Shown here piece by piece: positions 19,563 through 29,690 of a stretch of DNA of 64,000 bases. A model generated the notes under the pieces. The model worked only from the letters and a program-made list of their open reading frames with translations, was not told the origin of the DNA and did not search any database. Positions within the stretch are counted from its first letter, which is position 1; each line of letters starts with the position of its first letter. The stretch is taken from NCBI GenBank assembly GCA_023268805.1, contig JALRKT010000001.1, positions 20,561 through 84,560 of the forward strand, written 5' to 3'. The position numbers and the translations under genes are program-made. The stretch is from Bacilli bacterium (GTDB lineage: Bacteria; Bacillota_I; Bacilli_A; RFN20; CAG-826).

Positions 19563-20543
19563 ATGGCAAGAGTATTAAGTGGAATAAAGCCGACGGGCAC
19601 GCTTACCTTAGGAAATTATATTGGCGCATTAAAACGTTTTCCTGCGTTTCAAACTTTACATAACTCCTTTATTTTTATTGCCGATTTACATGCTTTAACC
19701 TTACCAATTGATCCTGAAGTTCTAAAAAAGAATGCATTTGACCTTGCGGCATTTTATTTAGCAGCCGGTCTAGACCCAGAAAAAACAACCCTATTTTTAC
19801 AATCCCAAGTAAGTGCCCACGCTGAACTCAATACCATCCTTACGAATTATGCTTATATGGGTGAAATGGCTCGCATGACCCAATTTAAAGAAAAAAGTGA
19901 AGCCAAAAAAGAACAAGCGATTGGTTTAGGTTTATTTACCTATCCTGTACTTATGGCAGCGGATATTTTACTTTATGATGCGGAAATTGTTCCTGTGGGT
20001 GAAGATCAACGTCAACATGTGGAGTTAACGCGAGACCTCGCTCAACGCTTTAATCATCGCTATGGTGACGTCCTTGTCATGCCAAAAGCGGAACTTTCTA
20101 AAGTAGGAGCGCGGGTGATGTCGTTATCTGATCCCACCAAAAAAATGTCGAAATCCGATCCAAAAGGAAACATTGAGCTAAGCGAAGATTTAGCCAGCGT
20201 ACGTAAAAAAATCATGAGTGCAGTTACCGATTCGGATACCATTGTTCGCTACGATGTCGCACAAAAACCTGGTATTAGTAATCTCATGACGATTTATGCG
20301 AGTTTAAAAGAAATCTCCCTTGAAAATGTCGAAAAGACGTTTGCAGGACAAACGTATGGAATGTTTAAAAAAGCCGTAGCCGATGTCGTTTGTGAAGAAC
20401 TTCAACAATTACAAGAACGTTATCAGTCTATTGTCGCTTCAGGACTCGTTCACCATGTTTTAAAGCAAGGCGCACAACGTGCACAAAGCATTGCCAATGC
20501 CACCCTTCAACGCGTGAAAGCCGCTGTCGGTTTATGGCTTTAA
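19563..20543 (+). CDS. trpS: Tryptophanyl-tRNA synthetase
   Basis: GIKPTGTLTLGNYIGA and KMSKS motifs. Confidence 0.95.
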   Translation: MARVLSGIKPTGTLTLGNYIGALKRFPAFQTLHNSFIFIADLHALTLPIDPEVLKKNAFDLAAFYLAAGLDPEKTTLFLQSQVSAHAELNTILTNYAYMGEMARMTQFKEKSEAKKEQAIGLGLFTYPVLMAADILLYDAEIVPVGEDQRQHVELTRDLAQRFNHRYGDVLVMPKAELSKVGARVMSLSDPTKKMSKSDPKGNIELSEDLASVRKKIMSAVTDSDTIVRYDVAQKPGISNLMTIYASLKEISLENVEKTFAGQTYGMFKKAVADVVCEELQQLQERYQSIVASGLVHHVLKQGAQRAQSIANATLQRVKAAVGLWL

Positions 20544-21349
20544 AACCTTATTTGATAGCCCTTGATTTAGATGGTACACTTTTAACGTCTCAAAAAACGA
20601 TTGATCGATCCACCGCGGCTTATTTGCGAAAATTAAGTAAAGACCATTATCTTGTGCTTGCCTCGGGTCGACCCTATCGATCCTTAATTAAATACTATGA
20701 TCAATTGCAACTAAAGACGCCGCTAGTATGTTATAACGGTGCTTTTGTTACGTATCCTCATCATCCCGAACGAAAGGATACTGCCTTTGAATTTCCTCAA
20801 GAAGTCGTTAAAGCCATTTACCGGGATGTCGGTCTTGAGATACTTGACAACATTATGTGTGAAACCAACCATGATATTTGGTTACTCCAAGAGGAACATG
20901 GTCTTGCTGATTTTTTCTGGCACGACAACATGCGGATGAATTATGGACCCCTTGATCAAACGCTTTTTGAAAACCCGATGACGATGATTATCAAATCCAA
21001 AGAACGAAATGATAAAGCCGATCAAATCATTCGCGATGCTGTCGCCAAACACCCAGGGTTATCCGTCCGTTTTTGGGGAGATTCCGTCTATTCAGAAATT
21101 TATTATTCCCATATTTCCAAAGGATCCGCGCTACAAAAACTTTTAGATGAATTTCATCTTCCTTTATCCCAATTTATTGCCTTTGGAGATGCGGAAAATG
21201 ATCGAGAAATGCTCAGTCTCTCCCCCCATAGTTTTGCGATGAAAAACTCGGTAGAATCGATTAAAAAAGTAGCAAAAAACGTCACACGATTTGACAATGA
21301 TCATCACGGTATTCGTGAAGAACTCATGCAATTTTTTAAAGAAGATTAA
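20534..21349 (+). CDS. Cof-type HAD-IIB sugar phosphatase
   Basis: LDLDGTLL motif and GDAENDREML C-terminal HAD motif. Confidence 0.8.
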   Translation: MALKPYLIALDLDGTLLTSQKTIDRSTAAYLRKLSKDHYLVLASGRPYRSLIKYYDQLQLKTPLVCYNGAFVTYPHHPERKDTAFEFPQEVVKAIYRDVGLEILDNIMCETNHDIWLLQEEHGLADFFWHDNMRMNYGPLDQTLFENPMTMIIKSKERNDKADQIIRDAVAKHPGLSVRFWGDSVYSEIYYSHISKGSALQKLLDEFHLPLSQFIAFGDAENDREMLSLSPHSFAMKNSVESIKKVAKNVTRFDNDHHGIREELMQFFKED

Positions 21350-23048
21350 GACGATACTGTTGAAAGAAAGCGTTTTTTAGGTCGGCAATACGATCGTCCA
21401 CGTGGGCATCATGTTGACTCACGACCGAGATATAAAATTTACATTTAGGTTCTGTTCCCGAAGGACGAATCACAATCGTTGAACCATCTTCATACGTGAT
21501 TTTAATCACATTCGCTTGCGGTAGATTAATCGTACTTCGATGATGATTAAAGGTTTTCTTTTCTTGATGCCAATAATCTTCAAAAAGGACGACTTTACGG
21601 TCGCCAATCGGTTGAAATGGGGTTTTACGAATGGAAGCCATCAACGTCGCAAGTAAGGTTTGTCCTTCTTCACCCTTTAAGGCGATTGAAAATTGTTGGT
21701 CAGCATGATAACCAAACCGTTGGAATAAAGAGGCAATGACATCATCCAGTCGGCGCCCTTGGGAAAGATGAAATAACGTCATTTCCGAATAGAGTAATAA
21801 GGCTTGTAGTGCATCTTTATCCCGTACAAAGGGACCCACAAGACACCCATACGATTCCTCATATCCAAACACAAAGGTTGGTCCCGCATTCTCTTCATAA
21901 AATTGAATACGGTCCCCAATAAATTTAAAACCCGTGAGAAATGATTCAACCTGAACCCCATAAGATTCGGCGATACGTTTAGCAAACGGAGAACAAACAA
22001 CCGTGTCATACATGACAGGGTTTTCCGGCATTTTATGGAGTGCTTTCTTTTGGGAGAATAAATAATCGGCTAACAAAGCCCCTGAAAGATTGCCATTTAA
22101 TAATTGATAGGTCCCTTGACGATCTAAATAGGCAATGCCCACGCGGTCTGCATCCGGATCGGAGACTAAAATTAAATCTGCTTTATGTTTTTTTGCGTAC
22201 GCTAAGGCAAGCGTGTAGGCTTTGGGTTCCTCAGGATTCGGTGATTCTGTCGCCGAAAAGTTCGGATCTATACGCATTTGTTCTTCAACAGGAATAAGGG
22301 TAAAACCCACCGATGAAAATAAGGTTGGCACCAAACGGTACCCTGTACCATGTTGGGGACTATAAACTATCTTGATGGAGGCATGATCGAGTTCGGGGTG
22401 AAGTTGTAATGCGTGAATGGCTTGAAGATACGTTTTTTCAACATCATCATTCAATGTGATGATTGCCGCGGGTTTATCCACATTCGGTAATGTGATTTCT
22501 AAAGCATCGGGTAAAGCTTCAAGTTGACGAATGACTTGGTGAATTTTATGGGGAACGAGTTGACAACCATGCTCATCATACACCTTAAAACCATTATGCT
22601 CTTTTGGGTTATGGGACGCGGTTAACATCACACCGCCAATGGCATGTTGATAACGGACTGCATAAGAAAGTAAGGGTGTTGGCACAAGTTCGGGAAAAAT
22701 AAAGGCAGGTATACCGAGTTGCGTCAGGATTTTCGCTGTTAAATGAGTATATTCTTCTGCATTAAGGCGATTGTCATGACCAATGACAACCCCGCGGTGA
22801 AATGATTGAGGAAATGTTGCTTTTAAATATAAACCAAAGGCATACGCCACTTTTCGAATGGTAAAATAATTAATTCGATTCGTTCCTGGACCCATAATAC
22901 CGCGCATGCCAGCGGTTCCAAATTCAATGTCTTTAAAGAACGCATCATCTGCTTCTTTTTCTGAATAAGCTCGGATAACCTCTTTGTCGGTATTGGTGAC
23001 ATGGGACGAGGAGAGCCATGTGTTCATTTTTTCGTGTATCATTTTCAC
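21336..23048 (-). CDS. Phosphoglucomutase/phosphomannomutase (alpha-D-phosphohexomutase)
   Basis: TASHNPKEHNGFKV active-site loop, 570 aa. Confidence 0.88.
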   Translation of the reverse strand: MKMIHEKMNTWLSSSHVTNTDKEVIRAYSEKEADDAFFKDIEFGTAGMRGIMGPGTNRINYFTIRKVAYAFGLYLKATFPQSFHRGVVIGHDNRLNAEEYTHLTAKILTQLGIPAFIFPELVPTPLLSYAVRYQHAIGGVMLTASHNPKEHNGFKVYDEHGCQLVPHKIHQVIRQLEALPDALEITLPNVDKPAAIITLNDDVEKTYLQAIHALQLHPELDHASIKIVYSPQHGTGYRLVPTLFSSVGFTLIPVEEQMRIDPNFSATESPNPEEPKAYTLALAYAKKHKADLILVSDPDADRVGIAYLDRQGTYQLLNGNLSGALLADYLFSQKKALHKMPENPVMYDTVVCSPFAKRIAESYGVQVESFLTGFKFIGDRIQFYEENAGPTFVFGYEESYGCLVGPFVRDKDALQALLLYSEMTLFHLSQGRRLDDVIASLFQRFGYHADQQFSIALKGEEGQTLLATLMASIRKTPFQPIGDRKVVLFEDYWHQEKKTFNHHRSTINLPQANVIKITYEDGSTIVIRPSGTEPKCKFYISVVSQHDAHVDDRIADLKNAFFQQYRLNLL

Positions 23049-24007
23049 GCATTTAATTTTAACAAAAAACCTTGGTCAATTTCATCCAATTCAATTGTAA
23101 ATTTTTTTTCACTAATCCCAGATAAGACACCCGTCAATTTAGGAAAAACTATCGCATAGGCGTGTAAAAACATCGCTTCATAACCATAGGTTTTTTTCAC
23201 GGCAAGATTTTTTTGAAAATCTCCATATTTTTGATCGCCGACAACAGGATGTTGAAAGGCTTTCATGTGAACCCGAATTTGATGTGTTCTTCCTGTGATG
23301 ATTTCCACATTAAGTAAGGAAAAATCTTGAATGTGTTTAACGACATCATAACGTGTAATTGCAGTCATGCCTTCTTCATCCTCACCCGCAACATACACCA
23401 TTTTTTTATCACTGTCTTTCGTGAGTTTATAGCTTAATTCTCCGCCTTTATCCACATAACCATGGACGAGGGCGTAATAAAATTTCCGCAATTGATGGGA
23501 TTTGAAGATATGTTGAAGTGCCTGTAAACTTTCAACGGTTTTTCCATAGACGATGAGTCCACCCGTTTGTCGATCGAGTCGATGGGCGGGGGCGGGCAAT
23601 GAACCCATGACGTGATCGGTTAATTCACCTTGATACACCATGTACGCTTGAACTTCTGTTGTCAGCGTAGTCTCTGAAAGTTTCCCTTCACCCTGAACGA
23701 GCACACCTTTAGGTTTTTGAAGAATCAGGACGTGGGCATCCTCATAAATAATGTTGTACGGTAGTTTTTTGGGTTGTAAGCGACGTTGTACCGAAAAATC
23801 AGCATATTGTTCTTCTTTAAGGTAGACCGTAACTAGATCCCCCTGCTTTAAGACATATTCTGGTTTAACCCATTTCCCATTGACTTTAATTTCTTTTTTA
23901 CGAAATAATTTATAAATAAAACTTAGAGGCGCTTCTTCTAACCATTTCCGCATAAATTTATCAATACGTTGATGCGCATTTTGGGGTTCAATCGTGGTTT
24001 GTTTCAT
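23045..24007 (-). CDS. RluA-family pseudouridine synthase (RluD/YjbO-like) with S4 domain
   Basis: HRLDRQTGGLIVYGK catalytic motif and N-terminal S4-like region. Confidence 0.85.
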   Translation of the reverse strand: MKQTTIEPQNAHQRIDKFMRKWLEEAPLSFIYKLFRKKEIKVNGKWVKPEYVLKQGDLVTVYLKEEQYADFSVQRRLQPKKLPYNIIYEDAHVLILQKPKGVLVQGEGKLSETTLTTEVQAYMVYQGELTDHVMGSLPAPAHRLDRQTGGLIVYGKTVESLQALQHIFKSHQLRKFYYALVHGYVDKGGELSYKLTKDSDKKMVYVAGEDEEGMTAITRYDVVKHIQDFSLLNVEIITGRTHQIRVHMKAFQHPVVGDQKYGDFQKNLAVKKTYGYEAMFLHAYAIVFPKLTGVLSGISEKKFTIELDEIDQGFLLKLNA

Positions 24008-24052
24008 AACCCAAACATTTTAGCATTTATCTCTCCCTAACGCTTGTGATTT

Positions 24053-24061
24053 TGTTATAAT
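24053..24061 (+). promoter_or_regulatory. Extended -10 promoter element (TGTTATAAT) for tRNA-Ser
   Basis: TGnTATAAT 9 nt upstream of the tRNA 5' end. Confidence 0.4.
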
Positions 24062-24070
24062 CATTATCAC

Positions 24071-24161
24071 GGAGAAATACCCAAGAGGCTGAAGGGGCAG
24101 GCTTGGAAAGCTTGTAGGTCCGTAACAGGGCGCGAGGGTTCAAATCCCTCTTTCTCCGCCA
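24071..24161 (+). tRNA. tRNA-Ser (anticodon GGA)
   Basis: 91 nt. Acceptor, D-arm and T-arm nearly identical to the tRNA-Ser(CGA) at 9922. Anticodon loop TTGGAAA. Confidence 0.9.
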
Positions 24162-24184
24162 TTCCATTACCAACAACCATTCAC

Positions 24185-24961
24185 ATGAATTTCTTCTTTG
24201 CCTTCCTGCTTACTATCCTTGCAGGTCTTGCAACAGGCCTCGGTGGTTTAATTGCGTTTACAAAGTTTGCCAAACGTAAAACGTTTTTATCGTTTAGCCT
24301 TGGATTTTCTGCAGGCGTCATGCTTTATGTCTCGTTTGTTGAAATTTTACCAAAAGGCATCGCTGCCCTTGAAAACACTATTTTTGAAAATGATGCTGTT
24401 TTATACGGAACGCTAGCCTTTTTTGTCGGGATCGGAGTGATTATGCTTATTGATCAATTCATTCCCTCAAAAATGAATCCTCACGAGATAAAGGATGAAA
24501 AAACGTCGCATCAATCCTTACTTCGGATGGGAATATTTACCGCATTCGCGATTGCACTTCATAATTTACCGGAAGGTTTAGCGACATTGTATGCAGGATT
24601 GAGTGATGCACGACTTGGGATTAGTGTTACCCTTGCCATCGCATTACATAATATTCCTGAAGGGATTGCTGTTGCTATTCCCATTTTTCAAGCCACTCAA
24701 CAAAAAGGAAAAGCGTTTCGCTATGCTTTTTTATCCGGTTTGGCAGAACCCATCGGTGCGATCATCGGTTTTGCCATCTTTTCAACGCTCTTTCCTGCCG
24801 AATGGTTTGGATTAATTTTTGCCTTTGTCGGAGGCATTATGGTTTATATCTCTTTGGATGAATTATTACCGACGGCTGAAAAATATGGCTATCATCATTT
24901 ATCGATTCTTGGTTTAGTCTTAGGCATGGCGATGATGGCGACGTCGTTATTACTTTTTTAA
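24185..24961 (+). CDS. zupT: ZIP-family zinc transporter
   Basis: HNLPEGLA and HNIPEGIAVA motifs, 8 TM. Confidence 0.85.
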   Translation: MNFFFAFLLTILAGLATGLGGLIAFTKFAKRKTFLSFSLGFSAGVMLYVSFVEILPKGIAALENTIFENDAVLYGTLAFFVGIGVIMLIDQFIPSKMNPHEIKDEKTSHQSLLRMGIFTAFAIALHNLPEGLATLYAGLSDARLGISVTLAIALHNIPEGIAVAIPIFQATQQKGKAFRYAFLSGLAEPIGAIIGFAIFSTLFPAEWFGLIFAFVGGIMVYISLDELLPTAEKYGYHHLSILGLVLGMAMMATSLLLF

Positions 24962-26425
24962 ATAAACGATCTGATCATCGACAATGGTCATGGTTACATG
25001 GGCATCATAGATGCGCTTGGGCTCTGCATAAAAATCAACATTAAAAACGGTAAAATCCGCGATATATCCTGGTTTTAGTTGACCTCGTTCATGGGTTTTA
25101 TAGGTCGGGATGTTTGCCCAATCCGTATAAAGATGAATTGCTTCTTCGATGGATAAACATTCGTCTTCACCATAGGTTTTTCCATCATGGTCACTCGTAC
25201 GGAAGACGGCAGCGATAACGCCTTTTAAAGGATTTGGTGGTTCTACTGGAGCATCACTGCCTCCACAAAGAATAAGTCCATGTTGCTGGTAAGTTTTCCA
25301 AGGATATATGAGTTCAGTTTGCTCAGGTAATAATGCATATCCCCACGGTAAATCACTACTTAAAAATTGTGGTTGAATATCAAGAATAACGGGTAATTTA
25401 TTTAAATATTCAAGTGTTGCTTTCATCGCAAAAGAGGCGTGAATAATTCGGTCATGTTGACCTTCGTGCGGGGGATATTTTTTTAACCATTTGGAAACTT
25501 CCTCTAACGCTAAATCCCCGATGGTATGTAAAGCAACAGGCAGGCGATGGCTGCGCATTGTTTTTAAAACGTTTTCAAAGGCTTCGGGTGGCCTGATGAG
25601 TTCACCCTGATGCGATTGCTTTGGGTAAGCATGGGCCATCAACGCGGTTTGACTGGATAAGGTCCCATCATAAAAGATTTTGACCGCCCCCAGTTGTAAG
25701 TAAGGCGATTGATCTAACCATGGGCGACCACTTTGAATAAACCCTTGCACTTCTTCATGATGCATCAATAAATGGGCACGAAAGGGTTTTCTTTTTAATG
25801 CTTCTTCAAACGCTTCAACGGTGTCTTTAAAGCCATTAAAATAATGCAAATCATCGGAGTGACCTCCGGTAATACCATACGCATGTAAACTTTCAATCGC
25901 ATTGGTAATCATCGTTGTCAACGTTTGGTTGGAATGGCGTGGCATCGCAAACACGGCTTTGGCGGCGTCTAGTTCATGTAAAATTCCATTCGATTCAGTT
26001 AAACCAATACGATTTAATAAAACCGAATTGACGGTTGCACTATGATAATCAGCATGGCGAATAAGTATCGGTTGACTAGAACTAATCGCATCTAAATCTA
26101 TTTTGGTTAGACCAATATCGTGATACCCTTGAACGTATAAAGGCTGCCCGTGAAAAGCTTTTTTTATCGTCGATAAAATAAGGTTTTTATCAGTTAATTT
26201 ATTTAAGTTCGTCAATGTAAGACGTTCACCATATCCTGCGATATGTAAATGCGCATCAACCCATCCTGGGTAAAGAATGCCCCCTTGCAAATCCACGACT
26301 TTATCAGACTGAATGGATTGGGGTCCTAACGCGATGATCTTTCCATTTTCTGTGTAAAATTCTCGAACAAATTCACGGGAAGCGGTTAAGGTGTAACAAA
26401 CGCCATTTTTATAATGTGTAATCAT
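24950..26425 (-). CDS. Amidohydrolase-3 family metal-dependent hydrolase (YtcJ-like)
   Basis: YPGWVDAHLHIAGYG metal-binding motif, 491 aa. Confidence 0.75.
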   Translation of the reverse strand: MITHYKNGVCYTLTASREFVREFYTENGKIIALGPQSIQSDKVVDLQGGILYPGWVDAHLHIAGYGERLTLTNLNKLTDKNLILSTIKKAFHGQPLYVQGYHDIGLTKIDLDAISSSQPILIRHADYHSATVNSVLLNRIGLTESNGILHELDAAKAVFAMPRHSNQTLTTMITNAIESLHAYGITGGHSDDLHYFNGFKDTVEAFEEALKRKPFRAHLLMHHEEVQGFIQSGRPWLDQSPYLQLGAVKIFYDGTLSSQTALMAHAYPKQSHQGELIRPPEAFENVLKTMRSHRLPVALHTIGDLALEEVSKWLKKYPPHEGQHDRIIHASFAMKATLEYLNKLPVILDIQPQFLSSDLPWGYALLPEQTELIYPWKTYQQHGLILCGGSDAPVEPPNPLKGVIAAVFRTSDHDGKTYGEDECLSIEEAIHLYTDWANIPTYKTHERGQLKPGYIADFTVFNVDFYAEPKRIYDAHVTMTIVDDQIVYLKK

Positions 26426-26440
26426 AGCGTAAGTTTAACA

Positions 26441-26465
26441 AAAAAAGTGCCTTTCGGCACTTTTC
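26441..26465. terminator. Rho-independent terminator
   Basis: AAAAGTGCC TTTC GGCACTTTT. Confidence 0.6.
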
Positions 26466-26469
26466 ATGT

Positions 26470-26805
26470 TTAGGATTCGATGGCGTCTTGAAGCCTTTGG
26501 GCGCGACGGAGCTTCTTTTCTCGCTCCACTTGTTCGCGTTGGGCAATATGATTCAAGATGATGACTAGAAAGAGCACGCCAGTAACAAGGAAAATCGCCC
26601 CCCCTTGTAAAAGCGTTAAGGATACCGAAAGAAAATCTTGAATGGATGCTTCCATCGTTTTAATCCAGTTATCCGCTGTAGGGACATTGAGAAAATCGGC
26701 GATAAAGCCAAAAAGAGAAGCCAAGAAACCAAGGCCGGCAATTAACCCAAAAAGGCTAATGCCTATCCAATCTTTTCGTGTGAGTGATGTTTGTATTTTT
26801 TTCAT
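26470..26805 (-). CDS. Small membrane protein (2 TM plus basic/acidic coiled C-tail), hypothetical
   Basis: 111-aa ORF with hydrophobic segments. No known motif. Confidence 0.4.
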   Translation of the reverse strand: MKKIQTSLTRKDWIGISLFGLIAGLGFLASLFGFIADFLNVPTADNWIKTMEASIQDFLSVSLTLLQGGAIFLVTGVLFLVIILNHIAQREQVEREKKLRRAQRLQDAIES

Positions 26806-26852
26806 AAGTTAAACCTCTTTAGCATTGTATCAAAGACCGTCAAAAGTCTCAA

Positions 26853-27704
26853 TCAGGAGTGATCTTTTTCGAGGTAGGATTGCAATTCATAAACACGACG
26901 AACGATGTGTTTTGCGTGTTGCTTGATCCGTGGATGCGCTTGCGCCATACAGAAGGAATGCTCGAATGACTCGAATAACGGGATATCATTGCCCGAATCA
27001 CCAATCACATAAACATCTTTTGCATCGATGTTTTCCCGTTCCATGATGAGTTTTAGTCCATTGGCTTTACTCACGCTTTTCGGAGAAACTTCGATAATGT
27101 TATGAATCCATAAAATGGATAATTCAGGAAAGGCTTTTTGTAAGCGTTCACTTTCATCGTGTGATAATTTTTTGGATTTATTGGATAAACCAAAATAAAT
27201 GAGGAGGCGTTGCAAATCATCCCCATGGGCACTTAATTTATCCAAAAAAACATCGTTATCAATTAAATACGGTTCACGATACACGCCTTGATACCAATAA
27301 TAAAACCGATAAATCAAATTCAAATACCAAATTTTCCCCTTGGAATAAAGAAGATTTGTCACCGAATCCGCATCAATCGAAAGCATGGTTCGTGCATGAC
27401 GGGCGATAATATCTTCAAAGACCGCCTTGCTTAATTTGGCATCTAAATACGTCTTTTGAATCATTTCGTTGCGGTAATAAACTTCCGAGCCATTACGTGA
27501 AACGATATCGATGGGAAGGTTAATTTTTTCAATCACACGCTGAACAAAATCGCGATTACGTGACGTGACAAAGACCAGATGATGGCCTTGTGCCGCCGCC
27601 CAACGTAAGAAACGAATGTTTTGGCGAGAGATAAATTGAAATCTTTTTTTGGGATAAAAAAGCGTCCCATCTAAATCCATCGCAATGAGTTTGCGTTTAT
27701 TCAC
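26853..27704 (-). CDS. Cof-type HAD-IIB phosphatase
   Basis: IAMDLDGTLF and GDSGNDIPLF motifs. Confidence 0.8.
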   Translation of the reverse strand: MNKRKLIAMDLDGTLFYPKKRFQFISRQNIRFLRWAAAQGHHLVFVTSRNRDFVQRVIEKINLPIDIVSRNGSEVYYRNEMIQKTYLDAKLSKAVFEDIIARHARTMLSIDADSVTNLLYSKGKIWYLNLIYRFYYWYQGVYREPYLIDNDVFLDKLSAHGDDLQRLLIYFGLSNKSKKLSHDESERLQKAFPELSILWIHNIIEVSPKSVSKANGLKLIMERENIDAKDVYVIGDSGNDIPLFESFEHSFCMAQAHPRIKQHAKHIVRRVYELQSYLEKDHS

Positions 27705-27711
27705 GTGTAAG

Positions 27712-28260
27712 TTATTGTACTTTATTTTCTGCTTGGATTAAACCATATCCGCCATCAACGCGGTGATAGAGAACACTAATTTGTCTTTCTTCGACATCAA
27801 GATACATAAAAAAACTATGACCTAACGCTTCCATACGTGTAATGGCTTCTTCGAGTGTCATTGGTTGAAGATACATACTTTTCGTACGAACGAGTTGTTC
27901 AACCACAGTTTTCTTTTCTTCGTCTTGAATTTCGTCCATTAAGAAGGATTCTGCTAAACTTGGTTGCTTATGATCTTTGACGCGTGTTTTAAAACGTCGA
28001 AGTTGATTCACTAATTTATCAATGGCTAAGTCAACGGCAGCGTATAAATCGTCATGTTGAACTTCCGCACGTAAATCCATCATTTTTGTAAAAACGGTAA
28101 TTTCAACTTTCGCACCGACTTTATATGAACGAACAAGAGCTCGACATGTCACGTCATCGTCGATGACAAAAAACTTTTCGAGTCGTTGTAATTTTTCTGT
28201 GATCGCAGAAGTAATCCCTTCCGTTACCGTAATATTCTTCCCGACAATTTGGTAGTGCAT
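27712..28260 (-). CDS. hpf: Ribosome hibernation promoting factor (long form)
   Basis: N-terminal RaiA/YfiA fold plus C-terminal dimerisation extension. AAAGGAGA SD. Confidence 0.9.
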   Translation of the reverse strand: MHYQIVGKNITVTEGITSAITEKLQRLEKFFVIDDDVTCRALVRSYKVGAKVEITVFTKMMDLRAEVQHDDLYAAVDLAIDKLVNQLRRFKTRVKDHKQPSLAESFLMDEIQDEEKKTVVEQLVRTKSMYLQPMTLEEAITRMEALGHSFFMYLDVEERQISVLYHRVDGGYGLIQAENKVQ

Positions 28261-28315
28261 GCAAGATCTCCTTTTCTACTTCTATTGTCGCAAATTTAAC
28301 GTGAACTTAAAAGAC

Positions 28316-29494
28316 CTACTTCGCTTTTTCTAAGTGTGACTTAAACAAATCTAAACGGTCTAAAGCTTCCCACGGTAGCGCAAGTTCAGGTCGTCCAAAG
28401 TGCCCATAGGCTGCTAAATCTTGATACTTAAAAGACGGTTTTGTGAGTGAAAAATGACGCATAATCTCAGCAGGTTTAAAGAAAAAAGTCTTTTGAATCG
28501 CTGATAAGACATCTTTTTCTTCATAGCCTGGTTGAAGGGTATCAAACGTAAACAAACTAATCGATACCGGTTGAGCAACCCCAATCATATAAGCAAGTTG
28601 TACTTCAACTTTATCGGCTACACCGGCTGCCACCACGTGGTTAGCAATGTAGCGGGCAAGATACGCTGCAGAACGGTCAACTTTGGTAGGATCTTTTCCG
28701 GAAAAAGCACCACCGCCATGACGGGCATAACCCCCATACGTATCCACAATAATTTTGCGACCCGTTAAGCCAGTATCGCCTTTGGGTCCGCCAATCGTAA
28801 ATTTTCCACTGGGATTAATCGAAATAAGTCGTACACTTTCAAAACCAAATGCTCGAATCACAGGATGAATCACTTCCTTGATCACGTCCGCTTTAAATTG
28901 CGCTTCATGGAAGGATTCCTGATGTTGAATCGACATGACAATATGATCGAGGGATGTCTTTTCATCACTGTAATAAACCGTGACTTGTGATTTCATATCG
29001 GGTAACGCATCACGAAGCTTGCCTTGTTTTCGTAATAAAGAAGCGCGTTGAACAAGCGCATGTGCCATCGCAATCGGCAAAGGCATCCTTGTTTGCGTTT
29101 CATTCGTCGCAAAACCAAACATGAGTCCTTGATCGCCCGCTCCGACTTCATCACGATTAACCGCTTGATTAATGTCTTCGGATTGGGCTTGAACCCAATC
29201 ATGGATGACGACATCTGAAGCGGAAAAACCAAGACGCGAATCGGTATAGCCAATCCGTGTTAAAACCTGTCTAGCAATCGCTTGAACATCCGGTTTTTGA
29301 AGTGAAGGATTTGAGAACTTTATTTCCCCTCCGATGAGTAACTTTTGTTCGGCGGCAAAACATTCAATCGCGACGTGCGCAAGTGGATCTAACGCTAAAC
29401 ACGCATCCAGCACCGCATCACTAATTTGATCACAAACTTTGTCGGGATGGCCTTCAGAAACGGATTCGGACGTAAAATAATAGTCTTGTTTCAT
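28316..29494 (-). CDS. metK: S-adenosylmethionine synthetase
   Basis: GHPDKVCDQISD, GAGDQG and DTYGG motifs. ATG at 29494 is 8 nt after AAGGAGA; the caller's start at 29518 includes the SD. Confidence 0.95.
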   Translation of the reverse strand: MKQDYYFTSESVSEGHPDKVCDQISDAVLDACLALDPLAHVAIECFAAEQKLLIGGEIKFSNPSLQKPDVQAIARQVLTRIGYTDSRLGFSASDVVIHDWVQAQSEDINQAVNRDEVGAGDQGLMFGFATNETQTRMPLPIAMAHALVQRASLLRKQGKLRDALPDMKSQVTVYYSDEKTSLDHIVMSIQHQESFHEAQFKADVIKEVIHPVIRAFGFESVRLISINPSGKFTIGGPKGDTGLTGRKIIVDTYGGYARHGGGAFSGKDPTKVDRSAAYLARYIANHVVAAGVADKVEVQLAYMIGVAQPVSISLFTFDTLQPGYEEKDVLSAIQKTFFFKPAEIMRHFSLTKPSFKYQDLAAYGHFGRPELALPWEALDRLDLFKSHLEKAK

Positions 29495-29690
29495 GATTAT
29501 TTTCTCCTTATAAAACAAAAACTTTCCACCTGGAGGAAAGTTGAGTGAACTTTCAATTATATCGTTCCTAAAGGTGGCTTTAGGTGACCAGCACTTACTA
29601 GTATTCTAGAGTTGCTACTGTCTAAGGTCTATATGACAGTTCTTGATATAACGCCATTATTATGAAACAAAACGAAACTTAAGTCAATTT
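29495..29690 (-). promoter_or_regulatory. metK leader: sigma-A-like promoter, ~110-nt structured element, and antiterminator/terminator switch (putative divergent SAM riboswitch)
   Basis: On the minus strand: -35 TTGACT (29682-29687), 17-nt spacer, -10 CATAAT (29659-29664). 7-bp closing helix UUAUAUC/GAUAUAA encloses three hairpins with possible GACC/GGUC loop pairing. GAAAGUU/AACUUUC antiterminator competes with an ACUUUCCUCC/GGUGGAAAGU terminator plus U-tract (29508-29541) just before the SD. Confidence 0.5.

Noticed and set aside
29495-29690. Calling the metK leader a canonical SAM-I (S-box) riboswitch
   Set aside because: The conserved GGAGGGA k-turn/P2 segment and the GGUGCC segment are not present. 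I keep it as a SAM-I-like or unknown-class SAM element pending a covariance-model search.
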